This document shows, one piece after another, positions 48,874 through 61,559 of a stretch of DNA of 64,000 bases (position 1 is the first letter of the stretch; every line of letters starts with the position of its first letter). Made by a program: the position numbers and the translations under genes. Source of the stretch: Squalus acanthias (lineage: Eukaryota); assembly GCA_030390025.1 (NCBI GenBank), contig CM059431.1:133116001-133180000 (forward strand). The letters are read 5' to 3'. Below the pieces are notes generated by a model. It made no database searches and was not told the DNA's origin. It saw only the letters and a list, made by a program, of their open reading frames with translations.

Positions 48874-51436
48874 TAGAATCTATGTTAAAATTAACCGACA
48901 CCAAAGGGTAAATTCCTGGATCCTGTGCTCCCAGTGGAGTGCTGTGCTTGGAGGGAGCATGAGTTGAAGATAGGACTTCAACAATGTAGTGGCGATTTTC
49001 TGTGACCTACATTTCCTTCAAATACAGTCCTCCGTTGGGAAAACCTCCTTAGTACAATATATTTTGATTAATCAAGAGCAATGAAAAAATACTGCAATAT
49101 TTTGTAAGAGTAAACAATGCACAAGGCAATTAAAAAGAAGCTAGTTCATGGTTTTGACAGAGAGAAAAACAAAAACTGTAAACCTGAAGTATTAAAATAT
49201 ATCAAATCTTTCAGTGTGCGTCCAATGTAGAACAAAATGCACAATGACAATCAACCAGAACTACCAACTAGCTTAAAAAATTGGATTAAAACAACTGAAA
49301 AAGGTTTATTTTAATGTACAATAAAAAAGCTAATATTTAATTTGGGTAAAGAAGTTCAAAATTTGTTGGATTCATATCAATACAAATTCAGGTCTGCTGT
49401 ATATACCTTCTTGGGTTCAGTGGTGTTGGTCAGTTGCTCCTGTAAGTGGTCTGAGCATCTTACTTTTATGGGAATTGACTAATGCTGTCCTATATCTACT
49501 GGCATGGCAGCATAACCCAGGATGCAACAATAGTACCCTCTTGTGACCTGAATCAGATATTCCAGACTTTTATACGGTGTATTTCTTCAATCTCTGTGAA
49601 GGCAGACCAAGGCCTGATATGAATTGATAAGGTGCTTTATTTCACAGCACGATAAACACAAAATGGCAGTTATGATTGGACTCATTAATTCAAACAATAC
49701 AACCAATCTTCACACAATAATACAAAATAAGGAACAGACCACGCTTCCCACATTAGTGTTTTGTCTTATGTGACTTAAACATTCGGACCATTCTCTCCTG
49801 CACACCAACCTTCTTGTAGCATTTTACTGCCTGGCTGCCTCGCAGTATTCTGCTTCAAAAAAAACTCTGCATGATATCAGTGTGTTTAAACCTCTCACTA
49901 TTCACAGCCAGAAAGGAAAGGCCTGCCAGACCTCATGCCCAGCACTTAGGACCAGTGACTCCCCAGCACACTGGATGTGAAGTGTTTATTGATTACTGAG
50001 ACAAGCTAACAAATTTCTTATTATTTACATGAAAGCGAGCTCTTTTTCTTTTTAGCTTGCATGAATACACTATACTTTAAAACACAACATTTAAAGTAAC
50101 TCTTTTCCCCCAATCCTTTCTGTGGAAAAATGGTTAAAACATCCCAAAATGTGATAGCCCCACACATCATCAGGTCAGGTCTCTTTTAGGATAAATCTTG
50201 TAAATGATTTCCTCCAGGAACATATCTGCATTAACTACAGAACATGGCAGACTACTATATTTTTCATCAGGCTTTGAACATAACCCTAAGGTGCAAGGCT
50301 CACATTGTTTACAGAACTACTTAGAAAAGAAAAAGTAATGCACAGGAGAATTTAAAGCATACATCTTAACATTTTTCGTGACACAGTAATTGTAATAATT
50401 ATTGATCATACATGCCGATACATTTTAATGTTTTATCAATATCAAATGGCATGAAAAAGGTATTGCTATGATAAGCAAAATCATTTCATGCAGTTGAAAT
50501 TGAAAGATAAATGAAAAAACTGGGTAACAAAAGGTAAGTAAATCTAGTTTCTGCACAAGGATTTCTCATTTTCTAACATGAAATGAACAAAATAGGTTTG
50601 GACAGTAATATCAGATTAGAACCACAACATTGTCAGAAGCATGACTGACAAGTGTAGATACTTCAGTATTATTTGTATTAAATCTCCGCATTGAATTTGT
50701 TGCGTAAAGCAGTTATTTGAGTTGGTAAATCAGAGCTATGAAAAGAACCACTACAATGAAAAAAAAGAAGCAGTCTGACAATGACTGAACCAAGCAACAT
50801 CTTGAAAATGTAAAAAAAAGTGATACTGAAGTAATAAGGTAGTCATATGTTGAGCCCTTGAATTGTTATAGTCTATCAAATTCTACTTGTGCCGAGACAG
50901 ATGTAGGTCTTCTGATAAACGCAAGAACTGAATAAAAAGGAAATGAAATGCTATCAGTTTTTACTGTCCTATAATGGCCACATTCCGGCCATTTTTCACA
51001 CTTCCTTGGTATCTCTGTTCTTTGACAAGTAAACATAACAAAAATGAACTGATGTTAAGGCTACTTCAGCTTTATCTGAAATGTATTCAAGAGAAAGAAT
51101 ACATTAATAAAAGATGTATTTACACAAACAAAAATGAAATCGTTTTTGTTGAAGTTTAGAGAGAAGTCAGTTTACTATAAAAATGACTATCAAATCCCAG
51201 AATTAATCTTATCTTTGTCTGTACAGGTCACTTTTAATACGGCATTGAAATGAAGGGTTTTCAGACAGTAAATCATTTTTAAACTTTAATTCAAGAACTC
51301 CTCAAAAAGGTATGCTATTTCTACACCAATTTTGAAAAGACTGAAATTATTTTGGTTATTTAAAGAATACTGGAGGTACAATTCCACATGTTGGAAATCA
51401 GGGCCTTTGATAGACCTATTTGTCATCAAACACGAA

Positions 51437-53390
51437 GGCCGGAATTTTCTGGCGTCTGTGCGGGCGGGACTGGAAGCGGGTCGGGAGTGAAAGTTGAAAT
51501 AACTTGGGAGCGTGTCGGGAACCCGCCATCATCCCGACTCCACGTGCCTTTCCCTCGGGCAAATTTGCCAGCGTGGCAGCGACCCGAACGACAGAGGCGG
51601 CCGAGCGAATTTAGATAATTATTAGGTACTTGTCAGACCCTTAAGCGACTTTTTAACCCTACCTTTCAAATTTCCCTGGATAACCACGGGAATCACACAG
51701 CTCACGGCCGCCATTTCGCCAACCGAGGCGGGTCCGGTGAGGCCGGGGGCGGGGTCCAACCCCGCTGCTGGCTCCAGCCCGCTCTGTAGAGTGATCTTAT
51801 GATGATTGGGTTTGTTAAGCCCGCCCAGCGTGTTTCCCGGCCAATTCAAGGAAGCAGGCCTGATGACGCGTCATCAGCTGGTTTCCTAAAAGGGACCATT
51901 TGCAAATTGATTTCGACAGTTGTGCTGTCAGTGTTCTACAGCATTGAGGTGCTGAAAACACAGACAAGCACTGCACAAAGGTACACGGTTGCACCCCGGC
52001 TCTCCCATGACTCCCTCCATATAATTATGGAGGGAGTCACAGCACGCAGGGAGGTCCTCTTCCCTTCCCATGGGCGGAAGAGACCTCCCCAAGAGATCAA
52101 CACAGCCTGGTTGCACATTGCACAGGAGGGCACAAGCAGGGATGTCATCAGGAGGACCAGGCTGCAGTGGCGCAAACCTTTCAATGATCTCAGTAGATCA
52201 CGAAACGTTACGGCCAAGCCACACTCAACCTCATCCTGCTGTGCCATTCATCACATCCCCATCACTCTGCCTTCCCTACCCTACACATCCTTACTCACAC
52301 CAACTTACCTTGCACCTGCACCCATCCCTCTCTATCTACATTATCACATCCCCATCTCACTAGCCACCCCTCACACTCACCCTCATCCTAGTCCAATCAT
52401 ATCAACTAACAACACACAAGGGTAGGCACTTGGGTGTTTTAGCCAATATTGATGTAAAGTTTCTGTTAACATGCTGTCAAACATTGAAATCTTTACTTTC
52501 AACACTTTGCATTCTTGGACAGATTTGTGTGCACCTTTGGAAGTGGCTTAGTGAATTGCAATGAATGGCGAGACATAACGGTACCCTCCGCAATGGTGAT
52601 GAGTGTGAAAGGAATGGCGTGGACATTGTAGGGGTGCTTTATGGTGTTGGTGTGGGGTGGTGCCAACCTGGGTGTACAGCGTCAAGTGAAGTAAATATGG
52701 CCATGGTGAAGCCATCCCTGGTGTCCTGGGCAGCAGTGTGGTTGGGTGCAGATGCCCTGTGTCCTGTGCAGCATCAGTTGATTGCAGAGAAGGTTGGTGT
52801 TGTTGTTGGTGATGCTGGTGTTGGGGCTGATCGTGGTGGGATTCTGAGGACCAAGGTGAGATATTTTCAAGGGCACCGATGCTGATGGAATAGATGGCAA
52901 GTGAGGTATTTCTGGGGCCATCCGCATGGACGGTTCAGGCACCCACCTGCTTCAGGCAGGAGCCTCATTCTAACTTTTAGATACCAATGGGTGGAGCGTG
53001 AATTATGAATGCTCTGCCCATTGGAAACAGATGTTGACTGGCGTGCATAGCGGTCCTTAAAAAAAAATCACTGCACGCTGCTCAGAAAAAGTTAGGGATT
53101 TTGTTTTTTTAATAAAACTTCTGGCCTGTTATCAGTCCATCTGTGCCTGTGACTGCCTGCCCCCCACCCCATGAGAAAGATTCTGGCTCGGCTCCGAGGT
53201 GGAGCCGCTGGAATTCCAGCCTCGCCCGACCGGTGAGCACCTGATTAGCGCTCACAGCTCACTAGGATTCGGGAAATGAAGCCCGACCCTAATTCAAAAC
53301 GGCTTGGGCCGCTCCCCAGGGACTTCAGTGGGTGGTGAGCCCTCCTACCGCTGCCTGCATGAAGTGCCCCCATAGTTAAAATCTACTCCC
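51437..53390 (+). mobile_element. Non-autonomous Harbinger derivative with a Myb/SANT remnant and internally deleted transposase
   Basis: Left end GGCCGGAATTTTC; Myb-like reading at ~51955-52210; minus-strand Q/H-rich transposase-N-terminus-like piece at ~52700-52860; right boundary uncertain (53221 or 53390). Confidence 0.8.
51955..52210 (+). pseudogene. Harbinger Myb/SANT-like DNA-binding ORF remnant
   Basis: APRLSHDSLHIIMEGVTARREVLFP...TAWLHIAQEGTSRDVIRRTRLQWRKPFNDL fits the trihelix pattern of Harbinger ORF2 proteins. Confidence 0.82.
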
Positions 53391-54012
53391 TTGTGTTTTC
53401 TCCATAAGAACATAAGAAATAGGAGCAGGAGTAGGCCATTTGGCCCTTCGAGCCTGCTCTGCCATTCAATAAGATCGTGGCTGATCATCGACCTCATGTC
53501 CACTTTCCTGAACTATCCCCATATCCCTTGATTCTCTTAATATTCAAAAATCTATCGATCTCTGTCTTGAATATACTCAACGACTGAGCCTCCACAGCCC
53601 TCTGGGGTAGAGAATTCCAAAGACTCTGAGTGAAGAAATTTCTTCGCATCTCAGTCCTAAATGGCCGACCCTTTACTCTGAGACTGTGACCCCTGGTTCT
53701 AGACTCCCCAGCCAGGGGAAACATCCTCCCTGCATCTACCCTGTCAAGCCCGGTAAGAATTTTGTATGTTTCAATGAGATCACCTCTCATTCTTCTAAAC
53801 TCTAGAGAATATAGGCCTAGTCTACTCAATCTCTCCTCATAGGACAATCCCCCCATCCCAGGAACCAGTCTGGTGAACCTTCGTTGCACTCCCTCTATGG
53901 CAAGTATATCCTTCCTTAGGTAAGGAGACCAAAACTGTACACAATACTCCAGGTGTGGTCTCACCAGGGCCCTATATAATTGCAGTAAGGCGTCTTTACT
54001 CTTATACTCAAA

Positions 54013-54905
54013 GGGGTAGAAATTAGGTCGCGCCCCATTTGGGGCGCAAATATCGTCTGGACGCAAATATTAGCGCCTGGCGCTAATTATCGGCACTGAC
54101 TGGAAACTTCACTTTTACCGCCCCGGGAGGTGAGTGGAGCGCTAAATCAGGCGCTGCACACCTGTCTTAAGGCGCAAAGGCCAAGGAGTGAGGCGCTAAC
54201 TCAGAGCGCTGGCGAAGCTCATGTAATGTCAGTCAGCAATGGAACACACACACAATGGCACGTGCCAGTTCTTAAAGGGGATGGTTAATCTTGCTTTCCA
54301 TCCACATTCTGTTCATTGCAGCCTTGAATCTCGGCCTGGAGAGACTTGCACATCAAATGTGCTGGAAAGAACAATGGAGAGTACCAGGCAAAGAGCTCAG
54401 AGTGCAGCTCCCACAGTCTCTGCTAAATCGATACAAGGAATGGCAACTCAAAATGAACCTGCAAAGTGCTGCTCAGTATCCAAAACTCCTTCACACAACG
54501 TTGAATCTCTCCAGAAGTCTCTCCCTCTCTCTCTCAGAATGCATAGTTCAAAAATGCCACCAACAATAAAAGACAGGAAGAGGCCCCCTTTAAATAGCGC
54601 CACCCCCAGCCCCACAGCGATTGATAGCGTTCCAGTCTTCTGGTCGTTGGATGCGCCAGGCGGTAAGGCAGGGGGCGCCACTCAATTTCCGCTCCGGGGC
54701 GCCACAAGGGCGTTGCACCATGGAATGACGTCACAATCTGCGCGCGCAGGTGGTCGCAGCGGTAAGTTTTAGCGCCGCCGCACAATCTCAAGTTAAGTTC
54801 TCGAGCGGCGCAAACATCGCTGCGCCCGGGCGTTAGTGGCTTTGCACCCCATTAGCGCCCTCTTAAGGCGCTAACGGGAGGCGCAACCAACTGAATTTTT
54901 ACCCC
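54013..54905 (+). mobile_element. ~890-bp Harbinger-derived MITE, copy 2 (more diverged)
   Basis: TIR GGGGTAGAAATT / AATTTTTACCCC; TSD AAA; the CR1 target rejoins as TACTCAAATTCTCTTG. Confidence 0.93.
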
Positions 54906-55232
54906 AAATTCTCTTGTAATAAAGGCCAACATACCATTTGCTTTCCTAATTGCTTGCGGTACCTGCATGTTAACTTTCAGTGATTCGTGTACAAGGACAC
55001 CCAGGTCCCTCTGAACATCAACATTTCCCAATCTCTCACCATTGAAAAAATACTCTGCTTTTCTATTTTTCCTACCAAAGTGGATAACTTCACATTTCTC
55101 CACATTATATTCCATTTGCCATGTTCTTGCCCATTCATTTAGCCTGTCTATAACCCCTTGAAGTCTCCTTGCATCCTCCTCACAACTTACATTCCCACCC
55201 AGCTTTGTATCATCAGCAAACTTGGATATATT

Positions 55233-55898
55233 GGGCCGGATATGCCGACCCCCACGGGTGCGAACGCATGCGCTGAAAACCGGCACTTCCGATCTGTCAA
55301 GAATTCTCTTGACAGATCATCCGCCTGCCCTGGAGAAGGGCCTCTGTGGGTGGAGAGTTCCGCTTTCTGCACAACCTCCGCCCGCTGAAAGTCTTCAAAA
55401 ATCTTACGCCTGGGAAAAGCAGGCGTAAGGCCTGCTTTTACCAGCATAAAAGAGTTTAAAAAATTAATTTTTCCCCCCACTCATTTATAACTTTTAGCCC
55501 CGTAAAAAACTTTAATTTTTTCCCCAAAAATTAAATTTTTGTTTAAAATATTTAATTTAATGTAATTTTAACTAATTTTAAATACGTGATTTAAAAAAAA
55601 ATTATTTAATGTTTAACTGTGTTTTTAAATGTGATCCCCATTCATACTTTTGACAGAACTATGCATAGAGAACTGTCAAAAGTATGAAGGGGCATTCCCT
55701 TCTTTGATTGGTTCCCCATGGCCCACGTGATCCCAGGGATGTTTGCGAACTGCCTGCGCCCCTGGGCTACCTGGGCCTCTGCGCGCGCGGACCAGGAGAG
55801 GCCCAGGATCGGACCTAGGAGCTAGCAGGTAAGTGCGTAGATTTTTCCCGATCGGAGGCATCCGCACGCAGGAAGCCTCCGATCGGAAAATCCGGCTC
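55233..55898. mobile_element. ~670-bp MITE in CR1
   Basis: TIR GGGCCGGATAT / AAAATCCGGCTC; TSD ATT; the CR1 target rejoins as GGATATATTACATTTGG. Confidence 0.9.
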
Positions 55899-56309
55899 AT
55901 TACATTTGGTCCCTCATCCAAATCATTGATGTAGATTGTGAATAGCTGTGGCCCAAGCACTGATCTTTGCGGGTATACTGTAGATGGAAAGCCTAAGACA
56001 CTTTGGGGCAAGGTAATATTACTGCCCTATAAGAAATGCATTTATGTTTTCGTTGGCAATGTCTCAAGTAAAAGAAATAAATTTAGACTAGCCTGTGACA
56101 AAGTATTAAAATAGCCTACTTTTGAGAAGACTGATTGAGGTGGGTTTGAGAAAGCAGTTTTAGTTCCCATAATTGAATAAACAAAACAGGAAAGGAGAGC
56201 ATTGGAAAGAGTAAAGTAAGGGAGGACATTGATGGCCAGGGAATAAATAGAGTTATAGAACGGGAGTTTAAAAAGATGGTCAAAAATAAAGTGAGAGGAA
56301 CTGCTATTA

Positions 56310-59160
56310 AAAATGAGTTAATCTGTTTCTACAGCAATGCACACAGTGTCCGTAATAAAACAGGGGAGGTGGAGGCAATCATGCGTTGCGAGGAACCAGA
56401 CATAGTAGGGATTACTGAGACATGGCTACAGAAAAATCAGGACTGGTAATTAAACAATGCAGGGTATAACATATTTAGAAAAGGGGAGGTGGAGTAGCTG
56501 TACTTATTAGGGAACAACATAATAGCAGTAGAAAAAAGTGACGCAGCTATCAGCAAGACAGAAATAGAATCCATGTGGATAGAGATAAAAGATAATAAAG
56601 GATTAATCACACTAATAGGGGTAGTCTACAGACCACCTAATAGTGGAAGGGATGTGGAGGAAGAAATATGCAGACAAATTAGGGAAATTAGTAAAAAACA
56701 TAGAATAATAATCATGGGGGATATCAACTATCCAGATATTAATTGGACAGAAGAGGTAGGTAAAGGGGATAAGGGAATGCAGTTCCTGCAATATATACAG
56801 GACTCCTTTCCAACCCAATATGTAAAAAGCACAACGACGGAGGATTCACTATTGGATCTAGTAATGGGAAATGAATAAGAGCAGATAAGAGAAGTAAAAG
56901 TAGGGGAATATCTAGGCAATAGTGACCATAATATAATACACTTTAAGATAATAATTGAGAAGGACATAGGTATGACAAAGACCAGGGTAATAGATTGGAG
57001 AAAAGCTGATTTTGAGGGGCTGAGAATAGAACTTGGGAAAATAAAATGGACAACAGTATTGGCAAACAATGATGTAGAACAGCAATGGGAAACATTTAAA
57101 ACAATATTCAACAGAGTCCAGGAAAAATATATTCCACTAATAAACAAGAACAAGCCAAACACAAATCACAACACCGTGGATGAATAAAGCCATAAGGGAA
57201 AAATTGAGGGTAATGAAAGAGGCATACATTAAGTACATGGACAACAGGGGAGAACATGATAAGAGAGAATATGAAGGGATTAGGAGAGAAGTCAAAAAAC
57301 AATTAGGAAGGCAAAGAGGAACTATGAAATTAAATTATCAAGGAACATAAAAACAAAATAGTAAAATATTTTACAGGCACATAATTAAAAAAAGGAAGGT
57401 CAGGATGGGAAAAGGGCCACTAAGGGATTGTGAGGATAATACCACAGGCAGCAATAGAGAGCTGGCAGAGATATTAAATAATTACTTTGCTTCAGTATTT
57501 ATCAGGAAGATAGAACAAGTGGAGATGACATTGGATGATGAGATTAGTAATGAGTTAATTGCATTTAAAATAAAACGAGGAGATATACTAAATAAACTAA
57601 TGAAAGTCAAAGAGGATAAAACCCCTGGTCCAGACACATTACATCCGCTATTTTAAAAGAATCTAGGGAAGAAATAGCAGAGGCATTACTACACATATTT
57701 AGTAATTCATTACAAAAATGTGTAGTGCCAGAGGACCGGTGGATAGCTAACGTAATACCTATATTTAAGAAGGGTGATAGAACATGTCTAGGGAACTATA
57801 GGCCAGTCAGCTTAATATCGGTGGTAGGAAAAAAAATGGAATCCCTACTAAAGGAGAAAATAGAAGAACATCTAGAAACAAAAAATATAATAAATAGTCA
57901 GCATGGATTTCAATGGGGAAAGTCTTGCTTGACCAACCTATTTGAAATTTTTGAAGTAAGAGAGAGAGTAGACAAGGGTAATGCAATAGATGTAATTTAT
58001 CTAGATTTTCAAAAGGCCTTCGATAAGGTACCACATAATAGACTAATGAATGTCAGGGAATGTGGAGTCAGGGGACAAGTAGCAGAATGGATAGCTAGCT
58101 GGCTTCAAGACAGAAAGCAGAGAGTAGGGGTATAGGGTAGCTATTCAGAGTGGCAGAAGGTGGGAAGTGGTGTTCCACAAGGATCAGTCCGGGGACCACT
58201 GTTGTTCATAATTTATATTAACGATTTAGACCTTGGAATCAAAAACACAATTTCTAAATTTGCGGACGACACCAAATTGGAGGAGGACGGCAACAAATTA
58301 CATGAAGACATTAATAAACTTGCAGAATGGGCATATAATTGGCAAATGAAATTCAACACAGATAAATGTGAGGTATTACATTTTGGTAAGAAAAATAGGG
58401 AGGTCACATATTACTTGGAAAATAAGAATCTAAATGGGGTAGAGGAACAAAGGGATCTCGGAGTACGAATACACAAATCACTTAAAGTATCGGCACAGGT
58501 TAATAAGGCCATAAAAAAAGCAAACCAAGCACTCGGGTTTATTTCTAGAGGGATAGAATTGAAAAGTAGTGAAGTTATGCTAAATTTGTATTGAACCCTG
58601 GTTATACAACACTTGGAGCACTGCGTACAATTCTGGTCGCCATATTATAAAAAGGAAATAGAGGCACTGGAGAGGGTACAGAGAAGATTTACAAGGATGA
58701 TACCAGAAATGCGAGGGTACACCTATCAGGAAAGGATGAACAGGCTGGGTCTCTTTTCTCTTGAAAAGAGAAGGCTGAGGGGTGACCTAATAGAGGTCTT
58801 TAAAATTATGAAAGGTTTTGATAGAGTAGACACAGAGAGAATGTTTCCACTTGTGGGGAAGAGCAAAACTAGAGGTCATCAATATAAGATAGTCACCAAA
58901 AAATCAAATAGGGAATTCAGAAGAAACTTCCTTACCCAGAGAGTGGTGAGAATGTGGAATTCGCTACCACAGGGAGTGGTTGAAGCGAATAGTATAGATG
59001 CATTTAAGGGGAGGTTAGATAAGCACATGAGGGAGGAGGGAATAGAGGGTTATGCTGATAGGGTTAAATGAGGAAAGATGGGAGGAGGCTCGAGTGGAGA
59101 ATATAGACTGGTTGGGCCGAATGGCCTGTTTCTGTGCTGTATATCCTATGTAATCCTATG
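56310..59160 (+). mobile_element. CR1 LINE with near-complete but disrupted ORF2 (APE + RT)
   Basis: DIVGITETWL, GVVYRPPN, IMGDINYPDINW, GNSDHNII, NYRPVSL, KFADDTKL; many stops and frameshifts; tail ATCCTATGTAATCCTATG. Confidence 0.96.
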
Positions 59161-59382
59161 AATTACGCAAAAACAGTAACGACGTGTTCAAATGTCTGCA
59201 TCCTCAAGCTAGTACAAATTTCACAACCAGAGAAATTATATTTTTCATTATGAAATATTAGAGTAGAGCAGACACTTTCTAGTTATAAGCACTGGACATT
59301 TCTTAAGTGATTGATATCTCAAATTATCATAATTTAATTTAAATCATTATCTCATTTTTCTCCTTTGCCACTCCCTGTCTAA

Positions 59383-59540
59383 GGGCTGGAATTGCCGGCG
59401 CTCAGAGGCCGGGTTTGGAGGCGGGTCCGCTGTCAAAATAGCAAAGATTGACAGCGGGTAGGAAACCTGGCGTGAGTTGAGTCTGCTTTGATGTATCTGA
59501 TAAGCTGACAGCTGCAGAAGTGGTGTAAAGGATGCCATGT
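59383..59540. mobile_element. Harbinger-type terminus fragment
   Basis: GGGCTGGAATTGCCGGCG start resembles 51437 and 62871 ends; CCGCTGTCAA...TTGACAGCGG inverted repeat. Confidence 0.55.
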
Positions 59541-59599
59541 TGCAGATGTTCAGTTTCAGAGCTCAGAAACAGTTAGTTATTGCATTTGTAAGACATATA

Positions 59600-60486
59600 A
59601 GGGGAGAAATTCGGTATCGCCCCGTTTGGGGCGCAATTATCGGCCGGGCGCAAAGTTTAGCGCCTGGCGCTAATTATCACCTCAGACTGCAAACTTGACT
59701 TTTATCGCCCCTGGAGGTGATTGGAGCGCTAAATCAGGCGCTTCACACCTGTCTTAAGGCGCTAACGCCAAGGAGCGAGGCGCTACCTCAGAGCGCTGGC
59801 GAAGCTCATGTGATGTCAGTTAGCAATGGAACACAGACACACTGGCGCCGGCCAGTATTTAAAGGGGAGGGTCGATCTTGCTCGCCATCCACACCCTGCT
59901 CATTGCAGCCTTGAATCTCGGCCTGGAGAGACCTGTACATCAATTCTGCTGGAAAGAACAATGGAGAGACCCAGGGAAAGAGCTGAGAGTGCAGCCCCCA
60001 TAGTCTCTTAGAAATTGATGCAAGGAAGGTCAAATCAAAATGAACCTGCAAAGTGCTGCTCAGTACCCAAAACTCCTTCACACAGCGTTGAATCGCTCCA
60101 GAAGTCTCTCTCTCTCTGAGTGCGTGGTGCAAAAATGTCGGCGACAAAAAAAGTCAGGAAGCGGCCGCCTTTAAATAGCACCCCCACAGTCCCTTCCCGA
60201 CTGCAAAACGTTCCCCTCTACCTGTCGTTGCTAGCAGCAGGCGGAAAGGCAGGGGGCGCCGCTCAATATCTGGTCCGGGCGTTTCTGGGGCGTTGAACGC
60301 TCGACTGATGTCATGATCTGCGGGCGCAGGAGATCGTGGCGGTATTGTTTAGCACCGCCGCAAAATGTCTGGTCAATTTCGCGAGCGGCGCAAACATCGC
60401 CGCACCTGGGCGCTAGTTGCTTTGTGCCCCGTTAGGGCCCTCTTAGGGCGCTAATGGGAGGCGCAAAGCAACCGAATTTTTCCCCC
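59600..60486 (+). mobile_element. ~890-bp Harbinger-derived MITE, copy 3
   Basis: TIR (A)GGGGAGAAATTCGG / CCGAATTTTTCCCCC; TSD ATA; highly similar to 19867-20755. Confidence 0.93.
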
Positions 60487-60534
60487 ATAGAGATTTCCTT
60501 AGCTTGCAAGCGTTTAGAGCCAACTGTATTTTTT

Positions 60535-61552
60535 AAAATTCATTTATGGGATGTGGGCGTCGCTGGCAAGGTCAGCATTTATTGCCCATCCCTAATTGCC
60601 TTTGAGAAGGTGGTGGTGAGCCACCTTCTTGAACTGCTGCAGTCCGTGTGGTGAAGGTACTCCCATAGTGCTGTTAGGTAGGGAGTTCCAGGACTTTGAC
60701 CCATCGACGATGAAGGATCGGTGATATACTTCTAAGTCAGGATGGTGTGTGACTTGGAGGGGAACTTGGAGGTGGTGGTGTTCCCATGCGCCCGCTGCCC
60801 TTGTCCTTCTAGGTGGAAGAGGTCGCGGATTTGGGAGGTGCTGCCAAAGAAGCCTTGGCGAGTTGCTGCAGTGCATCTTATAGATGGTACACACTGCAGC
60901 CACGGTACGCCGGTGGTGGAGGGAGTGAATGTTTAAGGTGGTGGATGGGGTGCCAATCAAGCGGGCTGCTTTGTCCTGGATGGTGTCGAGCTTCTTGAGT
61001 GTTGTTGGAGCTGCACTCATCCAGGCAAGTGGAGAGTATTCCATCACACTCCTTACTTGTGCCTTGTAGATGGTGGAAAGGCTTTGGGGAGTCAGGAGGT
61101 GAGACACTCGCCGCAGAATACCTAGCCTCTGACCTGCTCTTGTTGCCACAGTATTTATGTGGCTGGTCCAGTTAGGTTTCTTGTCAATGGTGACCCCCAG
61201 GATGTTGATGGTGGGGGATTCGGCGATGGTAATACCGTTGAATGTCAAGGGGCGGTGGTTAGACGCTCGCTTGTTGGAGATAATCATTGCCTGGCACTTC
61301 TGTGGCATGAATGTTAACTGCCACTTATCAGCCCAAGCCTGAACGTCGTCCAGGTCTTGTTGCATGTGGGCATGGACTGCTTCATTATCTGAGGAGTTGT
61401 GAATGGTGCTGAACACTGTGCAGTCATCAGCAAACATCCCCATTTCTGACCTTATGTTGGAGGGAAGGTCATTGATGAAGCAGCTGAAGATGGTTGGGCC
61501 TAGGACACTCCCCTGAGGAACTCCTGCAGCGATGTCCTGGGGCTGTGATGAT
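60535..61552 (-). mobile_element. 3' part of the second CR1/L2-group LINE family (RT C-terminal half)
   Basis: ORF 60592-61569: GVPQGSVLGPTIF..FADDCT..WADKWQ..IYKAQVRSVMEYS; tail GGCAATTAGGGATGGGCAATAAATGCTG. Confidence 0.92.
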
Positions 61553-61559
61553 TGTATAA

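Larger units (their letters stand above)
53404..55980 (-). mobile_element. CR1 LINE 3' portion, interrupted by two MITEs
   Basis: SVLGPQLFTIYINDLD / NISKFADDTKLGG...GMLAFITR / EYKSKDALLQLYRALVRPHLEYC; tail CATAAGAACATAAGAA on +. Confidence 0.95.

Noticed and set aside
49405..49445. 33-nt minus-strand micro-exon (EQLTNTTEPKK)
   Set aside because: No pyrimidine tract, weak donor, and no partner exons.
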